DNA of 41,435 nucleotides from Metabacillus sp. (GCA_035645575.1 DASQMK010000604.1:1-41435), one strand, 5' to 3'; numbered from the stretch's first letter, positions 18,616 to 29,210 are shown. Notes: generated by a model not told the origin, from the sequence alone. Numbers and translations: made by a program.

Positions 18616-19317
18616 ATGGATACGATAATATTTGATGTTGATGACACACTATATGATCAAGCACAATCTTTTCATAAAACTGTGAGAAAGCTGTTTCAAG
18701 AGCCATTATCAAACGAAGAAATTGACCAATTATATAAAGCTAGTCGAAAATATAGTGAGATTTTATTTGATCAAAGCGAAGCAGGTGAAATATCACAATT
18801 TGAATGGCAGACCGGACGATTTATCGCTGCATTTAAGGACTTTAACATTCCTATAGATACGGAAAGAGCGGCTATTTTTCATGAAACGTATGTTGCCGAA
18901 CAAAAAAACATTACATTGTTTCCAGAAGTGGAAGAACTGCTAAATATACTTTACAAAGAAGGAAAACAGCTTGGGATTCTTACCAATGGTGAGGAAAAAC
19001 ACCAAGCAATGAAAATAAAGCAACTCGGCCTAAGTAGCTGGATTCCTGAAGAAAAGACGTTTATTTCTGGAACGATTGGTCATGCAAAACCAAAAAGAGA
19101 AGTATTTAATTTTATTGAAGAGAAAATGGACCTTGATCAAACCAAAACGGTATATATCGGGGACAATTTTGAAAAAGATATTATCGGAGCAAAACAAGCA
19201 GGCTGGCAGGCGGTCTGGATGAACCATCGTAAGAAGGGTATACCAGCCAATGCTATCTATAAGCCAGATAAAGAAGTACATAGTGCCAAAGAGCTGCTAG
19301 ATTTATTTGTAAAATAG
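18616..19317 (+). CDS. HAD family hydrolase (YjjG/YfnB-like)
   Basis: IIFDVDDTLYD, ILTNG, AKP, YIGDNFEKDIIGA; AGGAGG RBS before ATG 18616. Confidence 0.9.
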   Translation: MDTIIFDVDDTLYDQAQSFHKTVRKLFQEPLSNEEIDQLYKASRKYSEILFDQSEAGEISQFEWQTGRFIAAFKDFNIPIDTERAAIFHETYVAEQKNITLFPEVEELLNILYKEGKQLGILTNGEEKHQAMKIKQLGLSSWIPEEKTFISGTIGHAKPKREVFNFIEEKMDLDQTKTVYIGDNFEKDIIGAKQAGWQAVWMNHRKKGIPANAIYKPDKEVHSAKELLDLFVK

Positions 19318-19507
19318 AAGGCTGTAGTGTAGAAATAAGCGGTTGTGAAATTCTGATTCCTATTTTAGTTCCTTCATAATTCTACTGCTTTTAGTTTTTC
19401 AAAAAGTTTATAAAATCATAAAGAAATAGGTGAAAAATAGTGCAATAGTTAGGTAAACTCAGAGGGTGGTCATCTTTACCCCGGATTGAAAGGGGGTGAT
19501 GCTTAAG

Positions 19508-19720
19508 ATGACAGTATTTCAAACGTAAATAGTCATGATAGCATTTGCAAGTTTAGTATTATCCATCATATCTATTAGTGATAAAGAAAACTCGCCGATT
19601 GGCGAGTATGAAGGCGAAGACAGAGTCGTAGTTGCCCTTATACTTCATACTTAAAATTGGCCACTACGCCGAATCGTCTTCTAAGCTGCTAATTTATCTA
19701 TATTAACGTACAAAAAATAA
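19508..19720 (+). pseudogene. Inactivated putative holin-like type I toxin gene
   Basis: AGGGGGTG RBS; MTVFQT*IVMIAFASLVLSIISISDKE with TAA at codon 7; the probable original KK-stop (aaaaaataa) is displaced to ~19712-19720 by an insertion. Confidence 0.65.
19588..19710. repeat. Palindromic, GC-richer REP/MITE-like element inside the toxin gene
   Basis: Nested inverted repeats: actcgcc/ggcgagt, agtatgaag/cttcatact, cgtagt.gcc/ggc.actacg, gaagac/gtcttc. Confidence 0.5.
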
Positions 19721-20154
19721 CCACCCTAGAGCGTTGGAGTGTATAGAGTAGTTATACTTAAACATGCCGACCCCTTGAAGTGAGTATTCTTTATCAGGAA
19801 TACACTTAGCTATCTGTAATTGAAGAAACCGTAAAATTTCCTGGGTAAGCGCATACTTTGACAAAACATACTTTTTTCATATTTAACATTGGAGAATTTT
19901 TGCACCTTTTATCGAAAAAGCATTTAAATAAGAAACTTATAAAATTAAGGAGATTAGAGATTACAACATGATCCTAGGTTCGTTTTAATAGGATGCTAAA
20001 ATAAATTTAGGCAAATGGTATAAGTCATCCGATCCTAAGTTTAAAGAAGAAGAGTTTAGAATAAGGGAGTGTCGATCAAGTGTCGTGTTAAATATAAGAA
20101 TCTAACTAAAAGGATATAATCCGATTACCTAGTTCCATAGAATCGCAAACCCAC

Positions 20155-20187
20155 AATAGCAGCCAATTTTATTTGGCTGCTATTTTC
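20155..20187. terminator. Terminator-like hairpin upstream of the frl operon
   Basis: aatagcagccaa-ttttat-ttggctgctatt followed by T-rich sequence. Confidence 0.6.
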
Positions 20188-20283
20188 TTTGTGAATTTTC
20201 CATTGCCAGTAATTTTTAACTCCTCTTAAAACAGATACTTTTCCCAAATGGATGAGAATAGGTTTTATCACCTCATCCCTTAT

Positions 20284-20387
20284 TAAATTCAGAAAAATAT
20301 AATTGTTGGAAGATTTAAAATAAACTGTTGACCTATGACATCATATGATGTACTATAGACTTATAGATGATGTTATATGACATCATA
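20284..20387 (+). promoter_or_regulatory. frl promoter: sigma-A elements, palindromic operators (probably FrlR) and possible CodY box
   Basis: TTGACC-N17-TACTAT (20328-20356); palindrome ACATCATATGATGT (20338-20351); ATGATGT-N6-ACATCAT (20367-20386); TAAATTCAGAAAAAT (20284-20298) matches the CodY consensus at 11 of 15. Confidence 0.65.
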
Positions 20388-20460
20388 AAAACTTAGGGGT
20401 TAGATGAAGACAAAAATTCACTACCAAACTAAGTTAAAACTTGAAGGGAGAGTTAAATTT

Positions 20461-21435
20461 ATGAAAAAAGAACATGTAGAACAAATTGAGAGCGTTATCA
20501 AGGCTGTGAAAGGGAAGGATATTAAAAACATTTTCTTTGTTGCCTGTGGTGGTTCAATGGCAGCGCTTTCATTAGGGGATTACTTCGTTACGAAAGATAC
20601 TGACATGCCAAGCTTTGTCTATACTTCAAATGAATTTATTCATCGTGCACCAAAAGCATTGGGTGAAAACAGTCTTGTGATATTAAGATCTCATTCAGGT
20701 ACAACGCCGGAAACAGTTGGAGCTGCTACATATGCTAGAGAACAAGGTGCCTTAACTGTTGCCATTTCAATGGAAATTGAATCTCCTCTTTGTCAAGAAT
20801 CAGACTATACTGTACATTACAATTACAAAGATGGCTCTGATGCAATTGATGGCGAAATAGGGGTGTACTACACGTTACTCTTTAAATTACTTAATCAACT
20901 TACTGGGGAAGAAAAATATCTCCGTGGTGTGGAACAATTATCTAACCTAGGTCAGTTAATTGAAAGCAACCAAGCAAAGCATAAGGATGTAGCTGACGCA
21001 TTTGGAAAGAAGTATAAGCGTGATAAGGTTATCTACACAATGGCAAGTGGAGCATATATCCACCATGCTTATTCATTCACAAGTTGTTTGTTGATGGAAA
21101 TGCTTTGGATCAACTCAAACGCTATTCATTCAGGAGAATATTTCCATGGACCTTTTGAAGTAACTGATTTTGATGTACCATTTTTAATGGTAGTTGGAGA
21201 GGGACCAAGTACACCGCTTGATCAACGTGCTCTTGATTTTGTCACGAAATATAGTGAAAAAGTTGAAGTTGTAAACGTTAAAGAGTTTGATTATAGTGGA
21301 GTGGACGAGGACCTTAAAGAGTATTTCGGTACAGCTCTAGCGGGTCCTGTATTACGCTTATACGCTGATGGTTTAGCTGAACATACTGGACATCCATTAT
21401 CAGTAAGAAGATATATGTGGAAAATGGAATATTAA
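20461..21435 (+). CDS. frlB: Fructosamine/fructoselysine-6-phosphate deglycase (SIS domains)
   Basis: FVACGGS, SHSGTTPET, LMEMLWI, HSGEYFHGPFE, HPLSVRRYMWKMEY. Confidence 0.92.
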   Translation: MKKEHVEQIESVIKAVKGKDIKNIFFVACGGSMAALSLGDYFVTKDTDMPSFVYTSNEFIHRAPKALGENSLVILRSHSGTTPETVGAATYAREQGALTVAISMEIESPLCQESDYTVHYNYKDGSDAIDGEIGVYYTLLFKLLNQLTGEEKYLRGVEQLSNLGQLIESNQAKHKDVADAFGKKYKRDKVIYTMASGAYIHHAYSFTSCLLMEMLWINSNAIHSGEYFHGPFEVTDFDVPFLMVVGEGPSTPLDQRALDFVTKYSEKVEVVNVKEFDYSGVDEDLKEYFGTALAGPVLRLYADGLAEHTGHPLSVRRYMWKMEY

Positions 21436-21471
21436 TCTTCTAAAAATTGGTTACGAGGAGGAAATAATTTA

Positions 21472-22755
21472 ATGAAAAAGTTATTAAGCTTTTTAGTTAT
21501 TATTTTAGCTAGCTCTATGTTTTTATCAGCATGTTCTTCCTCCAATGAAAGCAATGGCGAAGTATCTGAGGGTGATCAAGTAGTGATTGATTTCTTTCAT
21601 AGATGGCCGAATGAACCTAGAAAATCATTTTATGATGAAAAAATTGCAGAATTTGAAAAGCTGCATCCTAATGTGAAAATTAATGTTGATGCTGTTTTAA
21701 ATGATTCTTATAAAGAAAAGATTAGAGTAATGGTTTCAAATGATGATCTTCCTGATGTTTTCACCTCATGGTCAGACACTTTTGCCGCAAATCTAGTAAG
21801 CTCCGGACGTATTATGGAGCTAAATGATATAATGGCGGAGGATACAGAATGGTCAGGTAATATTATCGAGTCTCAATATGCTGGATTTACGTTTGATGAT
21901 GTAACGTATGGAATACCGTTTACTGTTGACGGTAAAGCTTTCTTTTATAACAAACAAATATTTGAAGAAAATAATATAGCAGTACCAGGGTCATATGATG
22001 AACTTATCAATGCGTTAGACCAACTGAAGGAAGCTGGCTATGAGACACCATTGGTAGAAGGTTTAACAAATGGATGGGCAATCTCTCATTACATGGGAAC
22101 TATTTTTGATAGAGTCATAGACAATGATGTACTTCTTAAAGACTATAACATTGAGACGGCTGAATTTACAGATCCAGGATATATTCGTGGTCTAGAAATC
22201 TTTAAAGAGTTAACCACTTACATGGGTGATGTTTCAACGGCTATTGATCATGAAGCAGCTCGAAACATGTTTGCTGCTGGTGAAGTTCCAATATTATATA
22301 TGCAATTTGCTGAGGTTAAATATGTACAGGAAGCTGGCGATGTGGAGTTTGGGTTCTTTAATTTCCCTGCAGTTGAAAATGGAAAAGGAAGACCTAAATC
22401 ACTTACTGGTGCACCAGAAGGATGGATGTTAAGTAAAAATGCTCCACCTGAAGCCGTAGAGTTTTTAAAATTCCTGACTTCAGAGGAAACTGCTAAAGCA
22501 TTTACGAAAGCAGATGGTCAGTTGAACGCTATTAAAGGCGGTGTAACGGAAGAAACCTCCAATCCAACAAGTCTAGAAGCCTATCAAATTATTCTAGAAG
22601 CATCAGATGCGACCCCTTGGTTTGATAATGCGGTTGATATATCAATTGCTGATATTTTCATGCGAGGTGGTCAAGAATTAGCAACCGGTCAAACTACACC
22701 AGAAGAGATTATGGCTAAAGTACAGGAAGCAGCTGCTAAATTACGTAACCAATAA
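21472..22755 (+). CDS. frlO: Fructosamine ABC substrate-binding lipoprotein (FrlO/YurO-like)
   Basis: Lipobox LSAC; FFHRWPNEP, LPDVF; position in the frl operon. Confidence 0.8.
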   Translation: MKKLLSFLVIILASSMFLSACSSSNESNGEVSEGDQVVIDFFHRWPNEPRKSFYDEKIAEFEKLHPNVKINVDAVLNDSYKEKIRVMVSNDDLPDVFTSWSDTFAANLVSSGRIMELNDIMAEDTEWSGNIIESQYAGFTFDDVTYGIPFTVDGKAFFYNKQIFEENNIAVPGSYDELINALDQLKEAGYETPLVEGLTNGWAISHYMGTIFDRVIDNDVLLKDYNIETAEFTDPGYIRGLEIFKELTTYMGDVSTAIDHEAARNMFAAGEVPILYMQFAEVKYVQEAGDVEFGFFNFPAVENGKGRPKSLTGAPEGWMLSKNAPPEAVEFLKFLTSEETAKAFTKADGQLNAIKGGVTEETSNPTSLEAYQIILEASDATPWFDNAVDISIADIFMRGGQELATGQTTPEEIMAKVQEAAAKLRNQ

Positions 22756-22763
22756 AAAGATAC

Positions 22764-22801
22764 AATTGCCCTAACTAAGATATGAAAAGGTTAGGGCAAT
22801 T
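22764..22801 (+). other. Intercistronic stem-loop after the SBP gene (mRNA stabiliser/partial terminator)
   Basis: aattgccctaac-N14-gttagggcaatt. Confidence 0.6.
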
Positions 22802-22828
22802 CTTCAAAAGAAGGGTGGGGGATTTGTA

Positions 22829-23713
22829 ATGAAGGTAAAAAAGGGGAATATAACACCAATCTTATTCATGTTACCAGCCATTTTATTATTAGGACTATTT
22901 ATTTACATACCACTTATTCAAAACTTCTATAATAGTTTTTTTGAATTTAGTGTATTTTCTCAATCGAAAGAGTTTGTTGGTTTGAGTAAAATGAAAGAAT
23001 TACTTGTTGATGAGGTAGCCATCATTGCATTAAATAACAATGTCAAATATGCCATCATTTCCGTGTTACTGCAAGTGTTCTTTGCTTTAGCACTAGCTGC
23101 TATTTTAGAGGATAAATTTTTTAGACGCTTTGCTCCGGCTTTACGAGTTATTTATTTTATACCAGTCATGATTTCAATCTCTGTTATTGCCTTATTATTT
23201 GGATTTGTCTATAATCCCCAAATTGGGTTATTAAATAGTTTCCTAGAGATTATTGGATTAGATCATTTAGCCAAGCCTTGGTTAGGTAATTCAACAACTG
23301 CCATATATAGTGTTATCGCAATGTCCCAATGGCAAAGTATTGGGCTAATTACGATGTTGTTTATCGTTGCGATTCAGAAAATTCCGAAAGAGTTATATGA
23401 AGCTGCAGAGATAGATGGTGCTGGAAAAATACGAAGATTCCTTAGTGTCACTTTACCACAAGTGAAAGAAGCTATGTTTGTTAATTTATTAGTTACTGTG
23501 ACTGGATCTATGCTAGTATTTAATGAACCTTACATTCTCACAAATGGTGGTCCAGGAAATAGTTCCATGACATTAGCGGTTCACATGTATCAAACAGGCT
23601 TCGTTAAAGATGACATGGGCTATGCATCAACATTAGCATCTCTTATCTTCTTATTATCTGCTATATTTGCGCTCATACAAATCAAAATATCGAAAACAGG
23701 GAAGGAGGATTGA
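22829..23713 (+). CDS. frlN: CUT1 ABC permease (FrlN-like)
   Basis: Multi-TM; EAA motif LYEAAEIDGAG; TNGGP. Confidence 0.8.
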   Translation: MKVKKGNITPILFMLPAILLLGLFIYIPLIQNFYNSFFEFSVFSQSKEFVGLSKMKELLVDEVAIIALNNNVKYAIISVLLQVFFALALAAILEDKFFRRFAPALRVIYFIPVMISISVIALLFGFVYNPQIGLLNSFLEIIGLDHLAKPWLGNSTTAIYSVIAMSQWQSIGLITMLFIVAIQKIPKELYEAAEIDGAGKIRRFLSVTLPQVKEAMFVNLLVTVTGSMLVFNEPYILTNGGPGNSSMTLAVHMYQTGFVKDDMGYASTLASLIFLLSAIFALIQIKISKTGKED

Positions 23714-23718
23714 AACAT

Positions 23719-24609
23719 ATGATAAAAACGAATTTGAAGAAGTCAACTTTCCCTAGTACCGTTCCTACAAATAAAATGAAAATCCCAGTTCAGACACGAA
23801 TCACCAAAAATATCGTATTTCTCGGTTTGCTGAGCTTTGCCGTTATCATTCTATATCCACTATTTTGGATGTTTATATCATCATTTAAAAGTTATCAGGA
23901 AATCTACAGTAATGTTTGGGCTTTACCAACAGAATGGAAGTTTGAAAACTATTCCCTAGCATGGTCGAAAGGGATTTCGAGCTATTTTGTCAATAGTATG
24001 TATGTAACCGCTTCAACAATTATTCTAACCGTCATAATAGGTTCGATGGCTGCGTTCGTATTATCTAGGTATAAAAATCGATGGATTGACGCCGCACTCT
24101 TATTTACTATTGGTGGGTTAATGATGAATCCACAAGTTGCTTTAATTCCTTTATTTGAAATTTTAACAATAACAAACTTAATAGATACACATTGGGCACT
24201 CATTTTGACCTATGTAGCCTATCGATTACCTTTAACGATTATATTGATTCGGGCTTTCTTTTTAACAGTACCTAAAGAGTTATCTGAATCAGCATTGATG
24301 GATGGTTGTACTGAATTCGGGATTTATTGGCGTATTTATTTGCCAATATCATTACCTATTGTCTTTACATCTGTTATTTTAACCGCATATTTCGCTTGGA
24401 ATGAATTCTTATTTGCAACCGTTTTCATTAATTCGAATGAATTAAAAACGATCCCATCAGGGTTAATGGTCTTTCGAGATGCTCTTCGTACAGACTGGGG
24501 AGTACTGCTATCAGGAATGGTTATTGCTACAGTACCAATGATTGTTCTGCTTATATTCTTACAAAAATATTTGGTTAGAGGTCTTGCAGAAGGCTCTGTG
24601 AAAGGATGA
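23719..24609 (+). CDS. frlM: CUT1 ABC permease (FrlM-like)
   Basis: ELSESALMDGC, AWNEFLFA, GLAEGSVKG; start is ATG 23719 or TTG 23710. Confidence 0.8.
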   Translation: MIKTNLKKSTFPSTVPTNKMKIPVQTRITKNIVFLGLLSFAVIILYPLFWMFISSFKSYQEIYSNVWALPTEWKFENYSLAWSKGISSYFVNSMYVTASTIILTVIIGSMAAFVLSRYKNRWIDAALLFTIGGLMMNPQVALIPLFEILTITNLIDTHWALILTYVAYRLPLTIILIRAFFLTVPKELSESALMDGCTEFGIYWRIYLPISLPIVFTSVILTAYFAWNEFLFATVFINSNELKTIPSGLMVFRDALRTDWGVLLSGMVIATVPMIVLLIFLQKYLVRGLAEGSVKG

Positions 24610-24615
24610 AGATTT

Positions 24616-25440
24616 ATGAAATTAATCTCAATTGGTGATAACGTAGTTGACTGCTATTTGGATCAAAATAAATATTATCCTGGAGGTAATTGTGTCAATG
24701 TAGCAGTAAATGCCAAACGTAATGGGGCTGGTGAAGTTTCGTATATTGGAATATTTGGGAACGATGAGCCTGCCAATCATATTAAGTATGTACTTAGTCA
24801 AGAAGGGATCGATTATCGTTTTTCACGTGACGTATTTGGTATTACTGGACAGCCGCAAGTTACATTAACAGAAGATAATGACCGTATATTTGTAGGTGGG
24901 CCTAAAAATACCGTACAGCATAAATTTAAAATTCAGCTCGTTCAAGAAGAGCTGGATTTTATAAAAACCTTTGATTTAAGCCATGTGAGCTGCTATTCCT
25001 CCATGGAAAGTGAACTGCCAAAATTGTCACAAGTGTCAAAAGTATCGTATGACTTTTCAAATAGGAAGGACCTGCCTTATATTGAATCAATTGCTCCGTA
25101 TATTTCTTATGCTTTTTTCTCAGCTGCAGAGCTTTCAGATGAATATTTTGACCGTTTCATTAAAGATTTAAGTTCTTTTCGGTTTGAAATCATTGGGTTG
25201 ACTAGAGGAGGAAGACCAGCGATCTTTATCAAAAATGGAGAGATTTATGAGCAGAAGGTAAAGAAAATTGAAGTGGTTGACACAATGGGTGCAGGTGATA
25301 GCTTAATCGCAGGCTTTTTAACTTCTTATATGAGTGGTGATGACATAGAAGTTGCGATTGAGAAAGGAACAAGGTCAGCTGAAAAGACTTGCCAAGAATA
25401 CGGTGGATTCGGTTACCCAAAAGAAATACAAAAAGTTTAA
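24616..25440 (+). CDS. frlD: Fructosamine/fructoselysine kinase (PfkB family)
   Basis: IGDNVVDCY, YPGGNCVNVAV, VVDTMGAGDSLIAGF. Confidence 0.9.
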   Translation: MKLISIGDNVVDCYLDQNKYYPGGNCVNVAVNAKRNGAGEVSYIGIFGNDEPANHIKYVLSQEGIDYRFSRDVFGITGQPQVTLTEDNDRIFVGGPKNTVQHKFKIQLVQEELDFIKTFDLSHVSCYSSMESELPKLSQVSKVSYDFSNRKDLPYIESIAPYISYAFFSAAELSDEYFDRFIKDLSSFRFEIIGLTRGGRPAIFIKNGEIYEQKVKKIEVVDTMGAGDSLIAGFLTSYMSGDDIEVAIEKGTRSAEKTCQEYGGFGYPKEIQKV

Positions 25441-25499
25441 CGACCATACAATGTTAATGTATAATTAATGGTAACGTTAAAAATATAGGAGCGAACTAA

Positions 25500-26225
25500 A
25501 TGAGTAACCGCGAACAAATTCAAAATTATTTATATGAAGAAATCATGACTGGAATTAAACAATATATTGAAACGAATCAGCTAAATCAAGGTGATCAAAT
25601 TCCTACTGAAGCTGAATTATGTGAAATTTTTCAAGCTAGCAGAATATCTATACGTCGTGCTATAAAAGAATTAGTAGACGAAGGTGTTCTTCAAATTATT
25701 CGAGGAAAAGGTACATTTGTGAATACGTTTCGTAAAGAGATTCACCTTTTACATTTTCAGGGATACACCGAAGGCTTGACGACAAAGAGTGATTTTATTA
25801 CTAAAGATATTATTTCAATGGAGAAAATAAAGGGTACACCCCATATTAACAATAAATTTAATAATCAATTCGATGAGTACATTGAATTAGTAAGAAAAGT
25901 CTATCGAAATAACCAAATTTTAAGTTTGGATTATGCATACTTTCCAACAGCACTTTATCCCGCAATAGAAAACAAAATAACATCAGACAGTTCAACCTTT
26001 AAGATTATTAACGACGAGTATGGAATAAATTTTAAAAAGGTTTGTAAGGATCTTGAATTTGTACATCCAACAGAAGAGGTACAAAAACATCTAGAGGTTA
26101 ATCGAATGACACCTATCATTTTAGTAGATAAAATTATTTATAATGAAGAATCGATCCCTGTCCATTATTCAAACTACTATTTAATCGCAGATCGGGTGAA
26201 GTTACGACTAGAAACGGATTACTAA
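25500..26225 (+). CDS. frlR: GntR/HutC family regulator (FrlR-like)
   Basis: IPTEAELC...SRISIRRAI.ELV.EG...RGKGTFV plus a UTRA-like C-terminus. Confidence 0.82.
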   Translation: MSNREQIQNYLYEEIMTGIKQYIETNQLNQGDQIPTEAELCEIFQASRISIRRAIKELVDEGVLQIIRGKGTFVNTFRKEIHLLHFQGYTEGLTTKSDFITKDIISMEKIKGTPHINNKFNNQFDEYIELVRKVYRNNQILSLDYAYFPTALYPAIENKITSDSSTFKIINDEYGINFKKVCKDLEFVHPTEEVQKHLEVNRMTPIILVDKIIYNEESIPVHYSNYYLIADRVKLRLETDY

Positions 26226-26257
26226 ATGGAAGGTGAAAATTTACAGGAAATGAATCC

Positions 26258-26369
26258 ATGTATAAAGCAGTTGTTTTTGACCTTTGATGGATTGATTTTT
26301 GATACCGAATCAGTTCATACAACAATTTATCAAGAAATGTTTGAGTTATATAATTTAGCGTCGAAGTAG
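26258..26369 (+). pseudogene. 5' remnant of a HAD phosphatase, frameshifted and truncated
   Basis: MYKAVVFD/(+1 base)FDGLIFDTESVHTTIYQEMF: HAD motif I DxDG...DTE; ends at the REP-like element. Confidence 0.7.
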
Positions 26370-26419
26370 GGACGGTTCTTTGTTTTCAATAATGAAGCAA
26401 AAGGACTGTCCTTCTGTTT
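26363..26419. repeat. REP-like palindromic repeat, copy 1
   Basis: gaagtagggacggttctttgttttca-ataa-tgaagcaaaaggactgtccttctgttt; near-identical to 31342-31399. Confidence 0.75.
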
Positions 26420-26575
26420 TTTCTAAAATTAAACAGTAAGGTTACTGGATATTTATGTTAAAATCAAATATAAAAGTTATGTAACAGTTTTTATGTTGAA
26501 TATAAGAGTTAGGGTGTAAATGAATTAATTCATAAGACAGTTGCTTAGTGATTAACCTTGAAAGGGGGGATTTTT

Positions 26576-27334
26576 ATGTTAATTGTTACTGCGGCTTTGT
26601 TTTTTTTAGGTATTATCTCTATTTCTTATCATCAAGTAGTGTTTTCGTCTTTTGTATTTTTGGGATTCCTATTATTATTCATTACAAATAAAGAAAAACG
26701 ATTTATTACATCGTTACTGTTAACATTTTTAATCAGTTTTGTGATATTTATAGTGTCTAATAATTTCATAGAAACGATGACAATTTCAAAGGAATACAAA
26801 ATTATTGTTAATCGTCTTTTTCTTGTTGTTATTTTACTAGGAATCTTTTTTCATTTACTCCTCTTTAAGAAGAAGGTTTCTTGGTATAATGGAAAACCTG
26901 ATTGGAAAAACCCGATCAACTTGCCGTTTCATAAGGTTAATACATTTTGGTTTTGGATGATTGGAATAGTAGTTAACGGAATCGTATATTTGTTTTTTAT
27001 TGTTCAAAAAGATGTAGAATATATCGTATCGCTTTTCTGGTTTTGTTTATTTTTTTCTCTAATTAATGCCGTTTTTGAGGAAGTTATTTGGAGAGGGGTC
27101 ATGCTTTCGGCTCTTAATGAATTCACATCGACAGGGTATGCTATCTTTGTTACAAGTGTTGGTTTTGGACTTCTCCATCTCGCGATTGGTTTTTCTCTTC
27201 CCCTCAGTTTGTTGATTTCAGTTGCAGGGATAATTTATGCATTAATCACACTTAAAACAAACAGCATCTATCCAAGTATTATTTTTCATATCGTCATTAA
27301 TATTGGAATGGTGTACAGCGGATTTATAATTTAA
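26576..27334 (+). CDS. CPBP family intramembrane metalloprotease (CAAX/Abi)
   Basis: Multi-TM; EEVIWRG, FGLLH, IIFHIVIN motifs. Confidence 0.85.
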   Translation: MLIVTAALFFLGIISISYHQVVFSSFVFLGFLLLFITNKEKRFITSLLLTFLISFVIFIVSNNFIETMTISKEYKIIVNRLFLVVILLGIFFHLLLFKKKVSWYNGKPDWKNPINLPFHKVNTFWFWMIGIVVNGIVYLFFIVQKDVEYIVSLFWFCLFFSLINAVFEEVIWRGVMLSALNEFTSTGYAIFVTSVGFGLLHLAIGFSLPLSLLISVAGIIYALITLKTNSIYPSIIFHIVINIGMVYSGFII

Positions 27335-27410
27335 CTAAAGATAGGAAATAGGGTTCTGAAAGTAAAATCTAAAAAATAAATGGTTCATGTAATACAGCTA
27401 AGTAAAAATC

Positions 27411-27441
27411 GGGAAGTGATTTAGATATTTCATCACTTCCC
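27411..27441. terminator. Hairpin between the convergent CPBP and helicase genes
   Basis: gggaagtgat-N11-atcacttccc with A/T flanks. Confidence 0.65.
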
Positions 27442-27485
27442 TTATTTTATTTAGTTGGGTATTTTCTTCAGCAATATTGATTAAA

Positions 27486-28931
27486 TTATTTAATTGCTTT
27501 GCTCACTTTTAGTTTCTTACCTTTGATTGTTGCATTTTCCATTGCTTGTAGAACAAGTGAGCCTTTTCCATTAAGAATATCAACATATGACATATTATCA
27601 TGGATAGTAATAATACCAATATCATCTGCTGTTACTCCAGGAATTTTCGCTATAGTTCCGACAAAATCTACAGCTCGAATCTTCTTCTTTTTTCCACCAC
27701 TGAAATGAAGTTTAATAATATCTTGGTTAATTCGAGCAGTTTTATTGTTCTTCACGATCCTGCGTCCACTCATTTTTTCTTCGAAAGCGGCTGTTCCTTT
27801 AGCAACTTCCTGATTTGTAGGAGCTTCCCTTACAGGTATTTCAAAGCCAATGTACTTTTCTATTGCTTTTATAAATTTCTTTTCATAGGGAGTCGCAAAT
27901 GTAATGGCTTTTCCTTTATTACCGGCACGACCAGTTCTTCCTGTTCGGTGGACATAGCCCTCTTTTTCCATTGGAGTGTCATAATTGATAACAAGTGTTA
28001 CATTATCAATATCAATTCCTCTTGCGGCAACATCGGTTGCGACAAGATAACGGAAATTCCCCATTTTGAAACCATCCATCACAGCAAACCGTTCCTCTTG
28101 CTCTAAACCTCCATGGATTTTTTCACAAGAATAATGGGATCTTTCCAATTCGGTATACACTGTATCTACGCTTTCTTTAGTTCTGCAGAAAATGATACAG
28201 CTCTCAGGGTTTTCAACGATTGTAATGCTTTTAAGAAGTGAAATCTTATCTCCCTCTTTAACTTCAATTAATTGGTGTTCAATACTATCTGTGGTTATTG
28301 CAGTTGCAGCAATTTCGATATTAATAGGCTTTTTCATATATTTGTGGCAGAGATTTTCTACATCTTCAGGCAATGTAGCAGAAAAAACCATCGTTACTCT
28401 GTCTAAAGGTAGCTCCTTTATTATTGTTTCCACATCGTCAATAAATCCCATATTAAGCATTTCATCAGCTTCATCAATGATAAGATACTTAACTTGGTCT
28501 AAAACAAGGGTCCCTCGCTCGATATGGTCAAGGACACGTCCGGGTGTACCGACGACAACATGATTTTTTTGTTTCAATTCTTCTTTTTGTTTCGTAAAAG
28601 GCTCTTTTCCATAAACGGCCATAGCTTTAATCCGCTTTAATCTTCCAATATTTGTTATATCCTCTCGGACTTGAACAGCAAGCTCCCTTGTAGGTGTAAG
28701 AATTAATGCCTGTGGCTTTTTTTCTTCCCATTTAACCATTTCGCAGATAGGTATACCAAAGGATGCGGTCTTGCCACTACCTGTTTGAGATTTAACGACA
28801 AGATCTTGATTTTCCAATGCTAATGGTATTACTTCATTTTGAACCTCTGTTGGGGTTTCATATTTTAACACTGCAAGTGCTCTTTTTATTTCCTTGCTTA
28901 ACTGATAATCCTCAAAACTTTTTTTACTCAT
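27486..28931 (-). CDS. dbpA: DEAD-box RNA helicase of the DbpA/YxiN type
   Basis: [31 protein letters not shown]; C-terminal DbpA RNA-binding domain [16 protein letters not shown]. Confidence 0.92.
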   Translation of the reverse strand: MSKKSFEDYQLSKEIKRALAVLKYETPTEVQNEVIPLALENQDLVVKSQTGSGKTASFGIPICEMVKWEEKKPQALILTPTRELAVQVREDITNIGRLKRIKAMAVYGKEPFTKQKEELKQKNHVVVGTPGRVLDHIERGTLVLDQVKYLIIDEADEMLNMGFIDDVETIIKELPLDRVTMVFSATLPEDVENLCHKYMKKPINIEIAATAITTDSIEHQLIEVKEGDKISLLKSITIVENPESCIIFCRTKESVDTVYTELERSHYSCEKIHGGLEQEERFAVMDGFKMGNFRYLVATDVAARGIDIDNVTLVINYDTPMEKEGYVHRTGRTGRAGNKGKAITFATPYEKKFIKAIEKYIGFEIPVREAPTNQEVAKGTAAFEEKMSGRRIVKNNKTARINQDIIKLHFSGGKKKKIRAVDFVGTIAKIPGVTADDIGIITIHDNMSYVDILNGKGSLVLQAMENATIKGKKLKVSKAIK

Positions 28932-29103
28932 GAATTAACCTCTTTTTTAGTATTATCCGATTTACGTATAGGATTCTCTTAAAAAAATCATCATATGCAA
29001 AATCTGAATATCGTTCATTATACTTGAAAAATCAAACAAATCATCTTTTATTTTGAATTTTATACGGATAATGAATATATTTTCCCTTTTAGCTTAATGG
29101 TAT

Positions 29104-29130
29104 ATGACAAGTATCATACCATGTACATGA
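29104..29130 (+). promoter_or_regulatory. DesR-type binding site upstream of des
   Basis: ATGA (29104) followed by TCAT-N9-ATGA (29114-29130), the arrangement recalled for B. subtilis Pdes. Confidence 0.55.
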
Positions 29131-29210
29131 TACATGCTACTAACAAGTCCATTATTTTTCGTGTATCATTCACTTAAGCACACATAACAAGGAAGGAAAT
29201 TTCAAATAAA

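Noticed and set aside
27600-28563. 168-aa and 123-aa plus-strand ORFs
   Set aside because: Antisense shadows of the DEAD-box helicase; no RBS or motifs.
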